A stretch of 64,000 nucleotides of DNA from an uncultured archaeon (GTDB lineage Archaea; Thermoproteota; Nitrososphaeria; Nitrososphaerales; Gagatemarchaeaceae), in the NCBI GenBank assembly GCA_963799775.1, contig CAWCYD010000003.1, positions 1,992,128 to 2,056,127 on the forward strand, given 5' to 3'. Of this stretch, positions 9,887 to 20,751 are shown in pieces. Within the stretch, counting starts at the first letter, position 1, and every line of letters begins with the position of its first letter. A program made the position numbers and the translations under genes. The notes beneath the pieces were generated by a model. It did not search any database and had not been told where the DNA came from. It was given only the letters and a program-made list of their open reading frames with translations.

Positions 9887-11208
9887 GTGCCCCAGCTAAC
9901 CAATGTCATCGATGGGAATGGCGATGAAGAGCCTGCGTCGCCGCAGGTTGCGGACCGCTTTCACAGTCTCCGGGATCGTCGTCGGAGTTGCTCTGATACT
10001 CGTCCTTCTTTCCCTCACCGGTGGGACACTCCACGCGAGCGAGCGGCCTCATCAACACCCTGTCCCCCGCCCAGATCACGGTCGTCAACGCGACGGGCAG
10101 GACCACGGGATTCGGCGGAGGGGGCTCGTTCACCTTCAGGGGTGGAGGCGGCGGCTTCGGCGGCCGAGGCTTCGGAGGTGCCCCGCCAGGCGGCGGGAAC
10201 GTGACGTTCGGGTCGCTCTTCGGGACCTCCAGCACTCTCGATCAATCGGTCTCTGACGCGGTCGGCAACCTGACGGGCGTCTTGGTGGCTTCACCCACAC
10301 TTTCGACCACCGGATACGTCAACGGGACCGCCGCGTTACTAAGCGGCATCAATCCCGCCACGTACACAGAGGCGACGGGAGGGCTCAACATAGTAAACGG
10401 GACGACCCTCTCGAACTCTACCTCGAGCGACCAGATAGTCATCGGTCAGAGCTTTGCTGCGAGCTCAGGGCTCTCGGTCGGGTCTGTCGTGACGGTGGGA
10501 GCCAACAGCACCGGCGGTTCGCTGTACTCAGTCGTCGGGATTTACTCTACAGGCAACTCCTTCACGGAGAGGTTCGCATACATCCCACTGGCGAGCGCCC
10601 AGACGATCGCCAACGAGGCCGGAAAAATCTCGGAGGTCTACGTGAAGACGGACAATCCGAACGACGTGTCCCAGGTCACGTCCGAGATAAACACGTCCTT
10701 CCCCGGCGTCTCGGCGATTTCGCCGTCGAGTTTCACGGGGGCCGCGGCGTCGCTCTCGGGCACCCTCACGTCTTTCTTCACGATAATAGGGCTGGCGGCT
10801 CTCCTCGCAGGGGGCTTCGGGGTCGTAAACACAATGATGATGTCGATTAGCGAAAGGACCCGGGAGATTGGCGCGCTGAAGGCGATAGGGGCCAAGAAGG
10901 GGCAGATAATGAGAATCTTCATGAGCGAAGCCCTCCTCATCGGGATAATCGGGGGATTCGTCGGCGTCGCGATAGGGGTCGCCGTCTCACTGGTGCTGCC
11001 ATTCGTCACCGGGGCAGCGACATCGACAAGGTTCGGAGGAGGCGCAGGCCTCGGCGGCCTCTTCAGGGGCGCTCTCTCGCCCGTCGTCACGCCCGATATC
11101 GTCTTGCTCAGCCTCGGCCTCGGAATCGTGGTAGGCGTCCTTTCAGGAGTCTACCCCGCGTGGCGCGCTTCGAGGATGGACCCAGTGGAGGCGCTCCGCC
11201 ATCTCTAG
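9887..11208 (+). CDS. MacB/FtsX-family ABC permease (frameshifts ~9912 and ~10030)
   Basis: RRRRLRTAFTVSGIVVGV, SISERTREIGALKAIGA and YPAWRASRMDPVEALR motifs, with a Gly-rich periplasmic insert. The start is approximate. Confidence 0.88.
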
Positions 11209-11236
11209 CAAGAAAGGCGGCGCCGCCAAGGCAGAC

Positions 11237-12026
11237 GTGCAGGATGCCGCTCCGGCGGTTGCGACCACGAAGGATGGCAGGCCGGTAGTCGTCCAGACGA
11301 CCGACCTGGCGAAGCGCTACAAGAGGGGCAGGATCTCGGTGAACGCGCTCGACGGCGTCACGGTGACGATAGGCAAGGGCGAGATAATCGGGATAATCGG
11401 GCCCTCCGGGTCCGGGAAGACGACCCTCCTAAACCTCATCGGAGGCCTCGACAGGCCCTCACACGGCAAGGTCCTCGTGGACGGGGTCGACCTTGGGTCG
11501 CTGGGCGAGGGAGAGCTTGCGGACTACCGCCTGAAGAAGATAGGCTTCATCTTCCAATTCTACAACCTCATCTCCACTCTCACCGCGGTCGAGAACGTCG
11601 AGCTCCCCATGGCGTTCGCGCGCGTGCCCAAGGAGGAGCGGATGGGCCGGGCAAACGAGCTCCTCGAGACGGTCGGGCTGGGTCAAAGGGTCCACCACAT
11701 GCCCCAGGAGCTCAGCGGCGGAGAGCAGCAGAGGGTCGCCGTCGCTCGCGCCCTCTCGAACAACCCCTCGGTGATACTCGGAGACGAGCCGACAGGAGAC
11801 CTGGACTCCAAGTCAGCGAAGTCTCTCATGGACCTCATCTGGTCCCTGAGGAAGGAGAAGAAGGTCACCTTCATCCTGGTGACACACGATCCGATAGTCG
11901 TCTTGAGGTGCGACAGGGCGTACTCGATAAGGGACGGTAAGGTCCATCAAGGAGATCATCCCGAAGACCGAGGACAGGAAACAGCTCTCCGACGAGGAGA
12001 GGGTAATGATGGACTCTCTCTTCTAA
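11237..12026 (+). CDS. LolD/MacB-type ABC ATP-binding protein (frameshift ~11945)
   Basis: GPSGSGKTT, LSGGEQQRVA, GDEPTGDLD and VTHD motifs. The corrected C-terminus ...EERVMMDSLF* ends at 12026. Confidence 0.9.
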
Positions 12027-12140
12027 GAGCACGCCAGCGCGACGAATCCTTCAAAGATGTTTTAATTGAGCAGGACCGGCTGCGGTCTCAGAAGGGCCTT
12101 GACATCTCCAGGTGGCAGACGTATCGAGCGCAAGGCTGCG

Positions 12141-14552
12141 ATGTCGGCACTCGCCGTCGCGGGGCTGATCTTGCTGGCCTCTTTCTCCTCCTCGTCCCTC
12201 TCCTCCCCGCGGTCCGCTCACGTCGCTCACGGGGCGGCTCTGTCTCCGTCTAGCAATTTTCGGCCCGCCTCCATGAGGTTCTCTGCCTCCCAAACAGGCC
12301 CCGCTTTGGCGACCTTGACGGTCCCCACCTACGACGAGCAGATAGGGACGACCTTCACGCAGAACCTCGGCGCCGTGACCTACAACGTCACCGCCCTCGC
12401 GCAAACGGACGCCGACGGCTACGGGCCGGCCTACATCCTCAACGGCCTGACCAACGCCGGCTACTGGTATCAGGTGGGGATTTCCTACCACTGGCCCAGC
12501 GTGGGCGGAGGTTACAACGCCGGGTTCGCGTTCAGCTACCAGGTCTACGCGGCCGACGGGAGGTCGGCATACCCCGCCAGCGGGTCTGGGTTAGGCACGT
12601 TCTCCAAGGCGGTGCACTCGGGCGACAGCATGCTCCTCAGCCTGACCTTCATCGGGACCGCGGTCCAGATGCTCGCGCAGGACTGGCAGACGGGCGCCGT
12701 CGCGAAGACCAGCTTCAGCAGCGAGGGAGCCTCCAGCTTCGTGGGGAACCCGTCGAACCCATCCAGCAACCAGGGATACTTCACGGGCATAATGACAGAG
12801 TGGTACCACGTCGGCGAATACACCGGGAGCGAGGGGAAGGTGACATACACCAACACGGCGGTGGCGCTCAACTCCGCCTGGCTCTGGGCCGACGAGTTCC
12901 AGGCTGGAAGCACCGGCGGAGACGTCTTCTCCAACCGGACCCAGACCCCGGTGACCTTCACCAACGCGCAGCAGCTCTACCCATTCGTCTCGAACGGCGC
13001 AGCCGTATACGGCTCGGCCCACCAGATCATCACGGGACTTCTCAACTCGGCCGCGTCGAGAGTCACACTGGTGCCAGCAACCCCATCGACTGGAGCCGCA
13101 TCGTTTCTCGCCACATACACGCTGGCCGGCCTGAAGCAGACGTCTGCTTTGGAGGGAGGGAACACTAGCCTTATCGAGGCCGACCCGGGGACGACCGTGA
13201 CACTCTACGTCAACTCATCGGGCTCGTCGCCGCTCATGAATTGGGTTCTCAGCGGCACTTCGGGCACCTCCGTCACCTTTGCTGCCGGGGCCAACGTCAC
13301 CTATGTCTACTACGAGTTGGTCGAGGAGACAGTTTCGGTCGGAGCAGCCAGCGGTGGTTCCTTACCTTCCTTCCCAACGCTAACCTACGAAGTGCCTGCC
13401 CAGATTGCTGGGTCTCAACCTCTCAGTGTCCCTGTATCTCAGCTTCTGGGCACGTCGCCCGTCTCCATCTTCACCATGGTCGGTTCCAGTGCCAGCGTCA
13501 CGGCTAGCGTCTCAGGCGCTTCGAGCGGAGAGCGGTGGGGAACCGCAATCCAGAACTGGACGATTCTCAGTTCTCCTAACACAATCCCGAGTCCCATCCT
13601 CTACTACCACCAATACGTCATCACATTGCTTTACATGACTGTTGGAGGCGGAACTCCCCCCGAGGCGCCCCGATTCACTTCCAACGCATTCGGGGTCGCC
13701 GCTACCGCCCAGTTGAACAACGTCAGTCAATCTAGCGTTTGCCCATCACAGCTGTGTTCTCCATCCACCCCCATCTTGACCTCAAGTGGCTGGTTCGACG
13801 CCGGGAGTTTCGGGTCTTTCACGTCGCTCCTTAACGGGAGCAACCCCGCCGAGAGGTGGAGCCTCTCCAATATCCGTCCAAACAACGTCTCTGGAGTCAT
13901 AACAACGCCGCTGATGGTGCTTGTCTCCACACCCGGAGAGGTTGTGACCGGAGTCTATACCCACCAATACTACGTCAGCTATGGCGTCAACGACCCCGAT
14001 GGAGGGACAATCTCAGCCAGCTCTGGCTGGTTTGACGCTGGAAACAGGGTGAATGTGACCGCCACCGCCAACCAGGGATGGCAGTTGGAAGGATGGAACG
14101 GCACCGGCTACGCGGTATATACAGGGGGAAACCCTCCATTAATCGTCGGTGGACCCTTCAGCTTGAATGCCACCTTCTACGCGGGGCTTTCAATCTCCGC
14201 CGACAAGGGAACCAACATCGCCTACTCCTACGGCTCCGAGAGCGGGACGGTGCAAGCCGGAACCGACAAGACTGTCTATGTTGCGCCGTCTTCTAGCGTC
14301 AGCTTCAAAGCGACCCCATCCGACTTTCTGCACTCGTTTGCTTCATGGAAGGGGACCGGGCTCGCAAACGCCACCAAGCCCAGCCTGGCGCTGACGGTTA
14401 ACCAACCGACCTCGATTGCGGGGACATCGACCTACAATTTGATAGTGCTCGTCGGCGGGTTGGCGGGCGCGGCGGTCATCCTCGCTCTCTCTGGCTTCCT
14501 CTGGATTCGCAACAAGCAAAACAGGGCGAACCCCGGCGGGTACGCTGCCTAA
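12141..14552 (+). CDS. large membrane-anchored surface protein: thermopsin/glutamic-peptidase-like N-domain plus Ig/InlB-B-repeat-like domains
   Basis: N-terminal signal; AYILNG...YWYQVG and MTEWYH motifs; repeats such as VNVTATANQGWQLEGWNG; many N-x-S/T sequons; C-terminal TM helix. The peptidase assignment is tentative. Confidence 0.6.
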   Translation: MSALAVAGLILLASFSSSSLSSPRSAHVAHGAALSPSSNFRPASMRFSASQTGPALATLTVPTYDEQIGTTFTQNLGAVTYNVTALAQTDADGYGPAYILNGLTNAGYWYQVGISYHWPSVGGGYNAGFAFSYQVYAADGRSAYPASGSGLGTFSKAVHSGDSMLLSLTFIGTAVQMLAQDWQTGAVAKTSFSSEGASSFVGNPSNPSSNQGYFTGIMTEWYHVGEYTGSEGKVTYTNTAVALNSAWLWADEFQAGSTGGDVFSNRTQTPVTFTNAQQLYPFVSNGAAVYGSAHQIITGLLNSAASRVTLVPATPSTGAASFLATYTLAGLKQTSALEGGNTSLIEADPGTTVTLYVNSSGSSPLMNWVLSGTSGTSVTFAAGANVTYVYYELVEETVSVGAASGGSLPSFPTLTYEVPAQIAGSQPLSVPVSQLLGTSPVSIFTMVGSSASVTASVSGASSGERWGTAIQNWTILSSPNTIPSPILYYHQYVITLLYMTVGGGTPPEAPRFTSNAFGVAATAQLNNVSQSSVCPSQLCSPSTPILTSSGWFDAGSFGSFTSLLNGSNPAERWSLSNIRPNNVSGVITTPLMVLVSTPGEVVTGVYTHQYYVSYGVNDPDGGTISASSGWFDAGNRVNVTATANQGWQLEGWNGTGYAVYTGGNPPLIVGGPFSLNATFYAGLSISADKGTNIAYSYGSESGTVQAGTDKTVYVAPSSSVSFKATPSDFLHSFASWKGTGLANATKPSLALTVNQPTSIAGTSTYNLIVLVGGLAGAAVILALSGFLWIRNKQNRANPGGYAA

Positions 14553-14568
14553 CCTTCGCGGGCGGGCG

Positions 14569-14877
14569 CTACATCTTGGGCCTGGAAAATGCTGAGATGA
14601 GGGCGAGCACGATTATCGCGACCACAACCAGGCCGGCGGCGTATGTGAAGCGGATGAAGACGAAGGTCGAGAGGAGGGCGACGATCGCGCCGAACCCAGA
14701 GTAGTAGAGCCTCTCCTGCCTCCGCTCCATGGTCAGCCCGAACACCAGGGCCCAGAGCCCGCTGAGCAGCAGGATACCCGCGATTGCCTCGCGAGCGTGG
14801 ATTATCCGGAAGAGCAGGAGCGCGACGGGGACAAGCACCGTGACAATCAGGCCGTATCCCAGACCGATACGTCTCAG
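14569..14877 (-). CDS. small 4-TM membrane protein
   Basis: Hydrophobic ORF 14569..14838 whose frame stays open upstream (LRRIGLGYGLIVTV); possible CTG start at 14877. Confidence 0.65.
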   Translation of the reverse strand: MRRIGLGYGLIVTVLVPVALLLFRIIHAREAIAGILLLSGLWALVFGLTMERRQERLYYSGFGAIVALLSTFVFIRFTYAAGLVVVAIIVLALISAFSRPKM

Positions 14878-14931
14878 CCCAGCGCACCTGTGCAGCGATT
14901 GCCGGGGGTCACTAAATAAGGTGACGTTGCG

Positions 14932-15171
14932 TTAAGGGAACTTCTCGGCGATCATCGTGTTGGTGCTCGTGATGTTCGCTATCTTGCGGACCTCAGTGTT
15001 CACGACCTCGTTGAGTTCAGCCATCGTCTCAGCCTCCACAACCACCACGATGTCGTAGACCGCGTACACCTCGTAGACCTCCTTGACCCCCTTCACCATC
15101 TTCAGCTGCGCCACGGTGTCCTTGTCGGTCCCGACCTTCACGTTCATCATGACGAATGCGAGCACGCTCAC
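14932..15171 (-). CDS. stand-alone Lrp/AsnC ligand-binding (RAM) domain protein
   Basis: AFVMMNV...GVKEVYEVYAVYDIVVVV...IRKI-like...TNTMI pattern. Confidence 0.85.
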   Translation of the reverse strand: MSVLAFVMMNVKVGTDKDTVAQLKMVKGVKEVYEVYAVYDIVVVVEAETMAELNEVVNTEVRKIANITSTNTMIAEKFP

Positions 15172-15266
15172 GGCAGGGGCCTCTAGTCCAAACCTCCAAG
15201 CACGGGTATAAAATGCGTCACTGGACTTAAGAGAGGCCCATCCTTGGGGATGCCTAAGGACTCGGA

Positions 15267-15752
15267 TTGGCTGTCAAGAAGCGACGGGAGACTCGAGGCA
15301 GGATGTGGATTGCCGTGGCCGTCGTCCTCGTGATAGTCATCATCGTCGTCGCGGTAGGGGTCTACGGAGGTTCCCTGGGCATCCCCGGCCTCGGCCATTC
15401 CAGCTCGTTGTCCTCTCAGGGTTCCTCCCTCTTCACGGTGTTGAACGTCACACTGAGCACCTTCCCGGCCATCGAGGACGCCCAATTCGGCTTCGGGGCC
15501 TCCGCCGTGGTATTCAACCACAACACGGTGAACATCTCGAACACGACTGTCGTGGTCAATTCGATCAACCTCGGGACTTGCACCAGCGGGATTCAGCCGG
15601 GACAGCAGTTCGATTGCAAGGTCGGACAGAGCGTCGCTTGCCAGAACGCCCCCTCCCTCCCCTACGCTGTCAGGGTGACGGTGACTTTCGCCGGAGGCGC
15701 GACCCAGTCCTCAACGACAACGATTAACACGGCCCTGACCTTCTTGTGCTAG
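15267..15752 (+). CDS. membrane-anchored secreted protein, pilin/Ig-like
   Basis: Basic N-terminus, one TM helix, and a beta-rich domain with NTVNISN...IQPGQ and four Cys. Confidence 0.6.
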   Translation: MAVKKRRETRGRMWIAVAVVLVIVIIVVAVGVYGGSLGIPGLGHSSSLSSQGSSLFTVLNVTLSTFPAIEDAQFGFGASAVVFNHNTVNISNTTVVVNSINLGTCTSGIQPGQQFDCKVGQSVACQNAPSLPYAVRVTVTFAGGATQSSTTTINTALTFLC

Positions 15753-15800
15753 ATTCCCGCCCGCGCCACGTAGACACCAAAGCCATCACAATTATTACCG

Positions 15801-17318
15801 GTGTCGGCGGCCGAGAAAGGACCGAGGCTCCGGTGCCAGCGTTTGCAATACAAGTGGATCGTCCTCTCCAACACGACTCTCGGCACGCTGATGGCGTCGC
15901 TGGACACGAACATCGTCCTCATAGCCCTCCCGACTATTTCCAGGGAGCTCAAGGCCACCTCCTTCTTCGACCTTCTCTGGGTGCTCCTCGGATACCAGCT
16001 GGTGAACGGCTCCCTCCTCGTCAACTTCGGCCGCCTCGCAGACATGTTCGGTCGGGTCAGGCTCTACACCTTCGGCTTCGCGATATTCACGACGGCCTCG
16101 GCGCTCTGCAGCCTGGCCCAGACGGGGGAGCAGCTGATAGCGTTCAGGCTGCTGCAGGGTGTCGGCTCAGCGTTCCTCTTCTCGAACAGCGGCGCGATAA
16201 TCACTGACTCGTTCCCGTTGGAAGAGCGCGGGAGGGCGCTTGGGATCAACCAGGTCTCCATCGTCATCGGCTCGTTGCTGGGGCTCGTCCTGGGCGGCGT
16301 GCTGACGACGGTGGCAGGGTGGAGGTCCATCTTCTACGTCAACATCCCAATCGGCATCTTCGCAACCGTCTGGTCCCACTACCAGCTGAAGGAGCTCGCG
16401 ACTATCAGGAAGGGGCAGAAGCTGGACATCGTCGGGAACGTGACGTTCGCGGGAGGGCTCGCGATGGTCCTCGGGGCGATAACGCTCTACGCAGTCTCCC
16501 TCGTGCCGCTCGACGAGTTCTTCGTCCTCTTTGTCGGAGGTGTCTCGCTACTCGTCGCCTTCGTGTACACGGAGCAGAGGGTGAAGGAGCCGATGCTCGA
16601 CCTCTCCCTCTTCAAGATCAGGCTTTTCACCGCGGGGACGGTCGCCAGCCTCCTGCAGTCGCTGGCGAGGGGGGCGGTCACCCTCGTCTTGACCTTCTAC
16701 CTGCAGGGGCCGTCGATGGCCCTTAGCCCTTTCACAGCGGGCGTCTTCCTCATCCCCATCTCGGTCGGGATCGCCTTTCTCGGGCCTCTCAGCGGTCACT
16801 ACTCCGACAGATACGGGCCGAGGTTCTTTGCGACCTCGGGACTCCTTGTCTCGTGTGTGGGCTTCGTCATCTTGTCGGATATCGGGAAGACCGTCACCTT
16901 CTGGCAACTCGCGCTCCCCCTGTTCCTGGTCGGAGCCGGGATCGGCCTCTTCCAGTCCCCGAACAGGGCGTCTGTGATGAACTCCGTCCCGGCGAGGGCC
17001 AGGGGGATAGCCTCGGGGACGGCCACGACCGTCTTCGTGGTGGGGGCGAGCTTCAGCCTGAGCCTGGCCTTCTTCATCCTCACCTCCGGGGTCCCGATTG
17101 CAGAGCTCCAGAACATCTTCGTCGGGGGGACAGCGGCGGCCAACGCAAGCTGGGTCAACAACTTCATCAGCTCGATTCACATCGTCTATTACCTGTCCGC
17201 GGCGTTTGTTCTCGCGGGCGTCATCCCGTCCGTGCTTAGAGGGCCTTCAAGAGCCCAGGCGGTTGGGAAGCAGAAAGAAGAGGGCGCAGACAATCGTATG
17301 GACGAACCACCCAAGTAG
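15801..17318 (+). CDS. MFS transporter, DHA2/EmrB-QacA family
   Basis: GRLADMFGRVR motif A, RLLQGVGSA, ERGRALG and GWRSIFYVNIPIG; about 14 TM helices. Confidence 0.92.
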   Translation: MSAAEKGPRLRCQRLQYKWIVLSNTTLGTLMASLDTNIVLIALPTISRELKATSFFDLLWVLLGYQLVNGSLLVNFGRLADMFGRVRLYTFGFAIFTTASALCSLAQTGEQLIAFRLLQGVGSAFLFSNSGAIITDSFPLEERGRALGINQVSIVIGSLLGLVLGGVLTTVAGWRSIFYVNIPIGIFATVWSHYQLKELATIRKGQKLDIVGNVTFAGGLAMVLGAITLYAVSLVPLDEFFVLFVGGVSLLVAFVYTEQRVKEPMLDLSLFKIRLFTAGTVASLLQSLARGAVTLVLTFYLQGPSMALSPFTAGVFLIPISVGIAFLGPLSGHYSDRYGPRFFATSGLLVSCVGFVILSDIGKTVTFWQLALPLFLVGAGIGLFQSPNRASVMNSVPARARGIASGTATTVFVVGASFSLSLAFFILTSGVPIAELQNIFVGGTAAANASWVNNFISSIHIVYYLSAAFVLAGVIPSVLRGPSRAQAVGKQKEEGADNRMDEPPK

Positions 17319-17339
17319 CCATATGTTTGAGCGCAATAA

Positions 17340-17470
17340 ATACCCTAGATGTAAATGTGTTCACACAATTTATAGTCAAGAGTCAAACGTTTGGTGACTA
17401 TTTATAATAAGAATCCAATCGTAAGTTTTTAGCATAACGTTTAAGTAAAACTATGATGTTACATCCTCCA
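17340..17470 (+). promoter_or_regulatory. AT-rich promoter upstream of the P-II gene, with palindromes
   Basis: TGTG-TT-CACA (~17356-17365), CAAACGTTTG (17384-17393), TTTATAAT (17401) and GATGT-T-ACATC (~17455-17465). Confidence 0.5.
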
Positions 17471-17483
17471 AGGGAAAAGTCTC

Positions 17484-17856
17484 ATGAAGAAGATTGAAGC
17501 AATAATCAGAAGGGAAAGGTTCCCTAATGTCGATGCCGCGCTGAAACAGCTAGGCGTCGGCGGTCTGACAGTTGAGGAGGTCGCCGGACGGGGCCGCGCT
17601 AGGCACACCACGACGGTCTTGGCAAAGGGCCGATGGAATTACGAAGAGGAGTACATCAAGAGGCTCAAGGTCGAGATCCTCGTGCAGGACTCTAATGCGC
17701 AGCCCGTGATCGACGCCATAATCGCGCACGCTTCTACGGGGTCGGTGGGAGACGGGAAGATCTTCGTCTCGACAGTGGACGAGGCTCCTCGACATCGGCT
17801 CAAAGGCGGTCGACGAGAAGGCAGTCGCATTCGCGACCATCCCAAGGCAGAACTAG
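17484..17856 (+). CDS. glnB: P-II nitrogen regulatory protein (frameshift ~17787)
   Basis: MKKIEAIIR, GLTVEEVAGRG and TGSVGDGKIFVS motifs. The corrected C-terminus DIGSKAVDEKAV...QN* ends at 17856. Confidence 0.88.
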
Positions 17857-17981
17857 GGAATCACACATCGAGTCAGGCGCAAGAAGCAAAGGCGCCTGAC
17901 CCATTTAGTTTACCACCCCAGTGCTAACCCTAATCGGGCTGAAGAAGACATATCTACTTTTTGCGCGCGAGAACCTCGGTC

Positions 17982-18842
17982 GTGATTCCGCGCCAGTTCG
18001 TGCTGCACTCGCCAACCTCACTTTCTGAGGCGACGTCACTTCTCAGGAGACTGGACGACGCGAAGGTCCTTGCCGGCGGGCAGAGCCTTGTGCCCCTGAT
18101 GAAGCTCAGGCTCGTAAGTCCCGCCAACATCGTCGACATCGGGAGAATTCCGGGGCTGAGTTACATCAAGAAGGACAGCGGCCATCTTCTGATTGGCTCG
18201 ATGACGACCCACAACGACGTCGCAGTTTCGCCTCTCGTCGAGCAGAGCTGCGTCATACTCTCGGAGGCGGCCCGACAGGTAGGCGACAGGCAGGTGAGAA
18301 ACAGGGGGACGATAGGTGGAACGACATGCCACGCCGACCCCGCAGCGGACATCCCGGCCGTCCTCCTCGCTTTGGACGCGGAGTTCACGGCGGCGGGATC
18401 CAAGGGGACCCGAGTGATCAAGTCCAAGGACTTCTTCCAAGACCTGCTCACGACGAGCCTCAGGAGCGGAGAGATCCTAACCGAGGTCCGAGTCCCAGTC
18501 CTTCCCCCTAGGACCGGAGGCGCTTACGTGAAGCTCCACAGGGCCAAGGGTGATCTGGCGACTGTCGGCGTGGCGGCCGCGGTCACACTAGACAAGTCGG
18601 GGGACTGCGAAGACGTGAGGCTGGGCCTTGCCGGAGTCGGTTTGACTCCTCTGAGAGCTTCGAAGGCCGAGGCCACTTTGAGGGGACGCAAGCCTAGCGA
18701 GAAGCTCATCTCCGAGGCAGGAGAGAACGCGGCGGAGATATCGAGCCCGACCTCAGACGTGATGGGCACGGCCGAGTACAAGCGGGAGATGGTCAAGGTC
18801 TACGTCAAGCGGGCGATCCGGGAGTGCCTGAGCAAGGTCTGA
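17982..18842 (+). CDS. xanthine-dehydrogenase-family FAD subunit (CoxM/CutM-like)
   Basis: AGGQSLVPLMKLR, VRNRGTIGG, HADPAAD and AEYKR motifs. Confidence 0.92.
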   Translation: MIPRQFVLHSPTSLSEATSLLRRLDDAKVLAGGQSLVPLMKLRLVSPANIVDIGRIPGLSYIKKDSGHLLIGSMTTHNDVAVSPLVEQSCVILSEAARQVGDRQVRNRGTIGGTTCHADPAADIPAVLLALDAEFTAAGSKGTRVIKSKDFFQDLLTTSLRSGEILTEVRVPVLPPRTGGAYVKLHRAKGDLATVGVAAAVTLDKSGDCEDVRLGLAGVGLTPLRASKAEATLRGRKPSEKLISEAGENAAEISSPTSDVMGTAEYKREMVKVYVKRAIRECLSKV

Positions 18843-18848
18843 AGTGAG

Positions 18849-19380
18849 TTGGCAGAGTCGAACGCGCCCAAGCAGGTGAACCTCACCGTCAACGGCGAGA
18901 AGCGGTCCGGAGTCGCCGAGGCTATGGCACCTCCTCTCCTACTTCATCAGGGGGGAGCTGGGGCTCACGGGCACCCACATCGGGTGCATCGTCGGAAGGT
19001 GCGGAGCCTGCTCGGTCGTCCTCAACGGCAAGGTGGTCAAATCATGCATGATCTTCGCGCAGCAGGTCGAGGGGGCCGAGCTCCTCACCATCGAGGGGCT
19101 GGCGCAAGGCGCGCAGCTCCACCCAATCCAGGAGGCGTTCTGGGAACACCACGGGCTCCAGTGCGGCTACTGCACCCCGGGCATGATCCTCACGACGCTC
19201 GACCTGTTGCAAAACAACCCGGACCCCACGGACGAGGAGATCAGGGAAGGGATCTCGGGCAACCTCTGCATGTGCACGGGCTACGTCAACATCGTGAAGT
19301 CGGTGAAGGCTGCGGCGCAGAACATGGGAGCCACGAGAAAGGGGAAGGCTACTCCTTCCCGCTCTCGGCAGAGACGATGA
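18849..19380 (+). CDS. xanthine-dehydrogenase-family 2x[2Fe-2S] subunit (CoxS/CutS-like; frameshift ~18925)
   Basis: GTHIGCIVGRCGAC, KSC, QCGYCTPG and GNLCMCTGY motifs. Confidence 0.92.
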
Positions 19381-20751
19381 CCTTGCGCTTCGGCGCCTGC
19401 TTCAGCTTCTGAGCCATTATCCCCGTAAGGCCCGCCGCCTCGACCCTCTTCTTCGCCTCTTCCACGGCCTTGGGCACGGTCTTCGCCCACCAGCCCCTCT
19501 CTCCCATCCTAGTCCGGAAGGGCGGCTTTGTCATCGAGTAGGTCGCCGTCAGCCCCTTCTCGGTCTTCATCATCTCCCCGACGAACGCGACGAAATCGCC
19601 GATGACCGTCTCCCTCGGGAGGACGAGCGGGCCCCACCCGAATGCGGCGCGGGCCGCGTTGTAACCCGCGAGCGAGCCCGTGACCATGCACTCTTGGATG
19701 CCGACGTTGGTGCCCTCCCTTCTCTCCGGCGACGAAGAGGTTGCGGAACCCGATTACCCTGAGCGAGTCGTCCCTGGGCGCCATCGACATGAACCTCACC
19801 GCATTGCCCACGCCCCCTCCGAGAGGGTCCGAGTAGCGCGCGTCCTGCATGCCCTTGAGCTTCCTCACGTCCTCGAGGGGCATGAAGACGAGCCCGTTCG
19901 CCTTGAAGAAACCCGGGTAGGCGACCTTGATGGACTTGACATGGGACGGGTCGTACGGGAGGTTTGTGCTCAGGCCTATCTTGGTCATGTTCTGGACCTC
20001 CTCGGGGACGGGGATCTTCGCGCTCCCCTCCCTCTTCACCTCCTCCAGAAGCTCCGGGTCGATCGAGTCGTCGTAGAAAGAGCAGGCCGAGCTGAGGCCC
20101 CCGAAGCCTCCCCCGTGCTTCGCGTCGCGTATCTTCCGGAGCTCCGGCGCGCCCGCCTTCGTCGCGATGCTCACCCTGTCCCCGAAGCTGTTGCAGCGGA
20201 GCATGCACTCCACGCAACCGTAACCATAATCCTTGCAGATCTGGACGCCGCCCGCCCCTCCACTCCCGTCGACGAAAGCGTCGGCCTCGAGCTTCTGGCC
20301 TTTCTCCAGCAACACCTTGAGGACCATGTCGCCCTGGGCGTTCTGGGCCTTGCCCACCTCGACGTCGACCGCCTTGTTCCCGAAGATCAGCTCGACGCCG
20401 ATGTCCCGGAGGTATCTCCTGATGGCGGTCTCCGCCTTCATGCAGTGGAAGATCGCATTGGCGTGGACCTTCTGGACGAGGTCCGTCCACCGCGCTCCAG
20501 TTCATGTCCGTCCGAGGATAGAGCAAGACCGGAGGGTTCTCGATGATATCCACGATCCACCCGCCCCCAAGCGCCTTTAGCTCCTCGGTGCCCGCCTGCC
20601 TCCCGTCGTTGTAGAAGATCCCCGAGTGCAGGCCCACGCCCATGAGCTGGTCTGTCCTCTCGACAAGGGTCACGTCCGCGCCGGCCTTCTGGGCGCAGGC
20701 CGCCGCGCTTATCCCGCCGAAGCCCGCCCCCACGACGACGACCTTGGGCAT
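19349..20751 (-). CDS. GidA/TrmFO-superfamily FAD-dependent oxidoreductase with a CX6CX2CX3C motif (frameshifts ~20480 and ~19710)
   Basis: N-terminal VVVVGAGFGG...LVER Rossmann motif, DAFVDGSG, CKDYGYGCVECMLRC, NLFVAGEK and TGSLAGYNAAR. Assembled from three ORFs. Confidence 0.78.

Noticed and set aside
19349-20751. mnmG/gidA or trmFO ortholog
   Set aside because: Only the FAD-binding motifs match. I could not see family-specific motifs, so no gene symbol was assigned.
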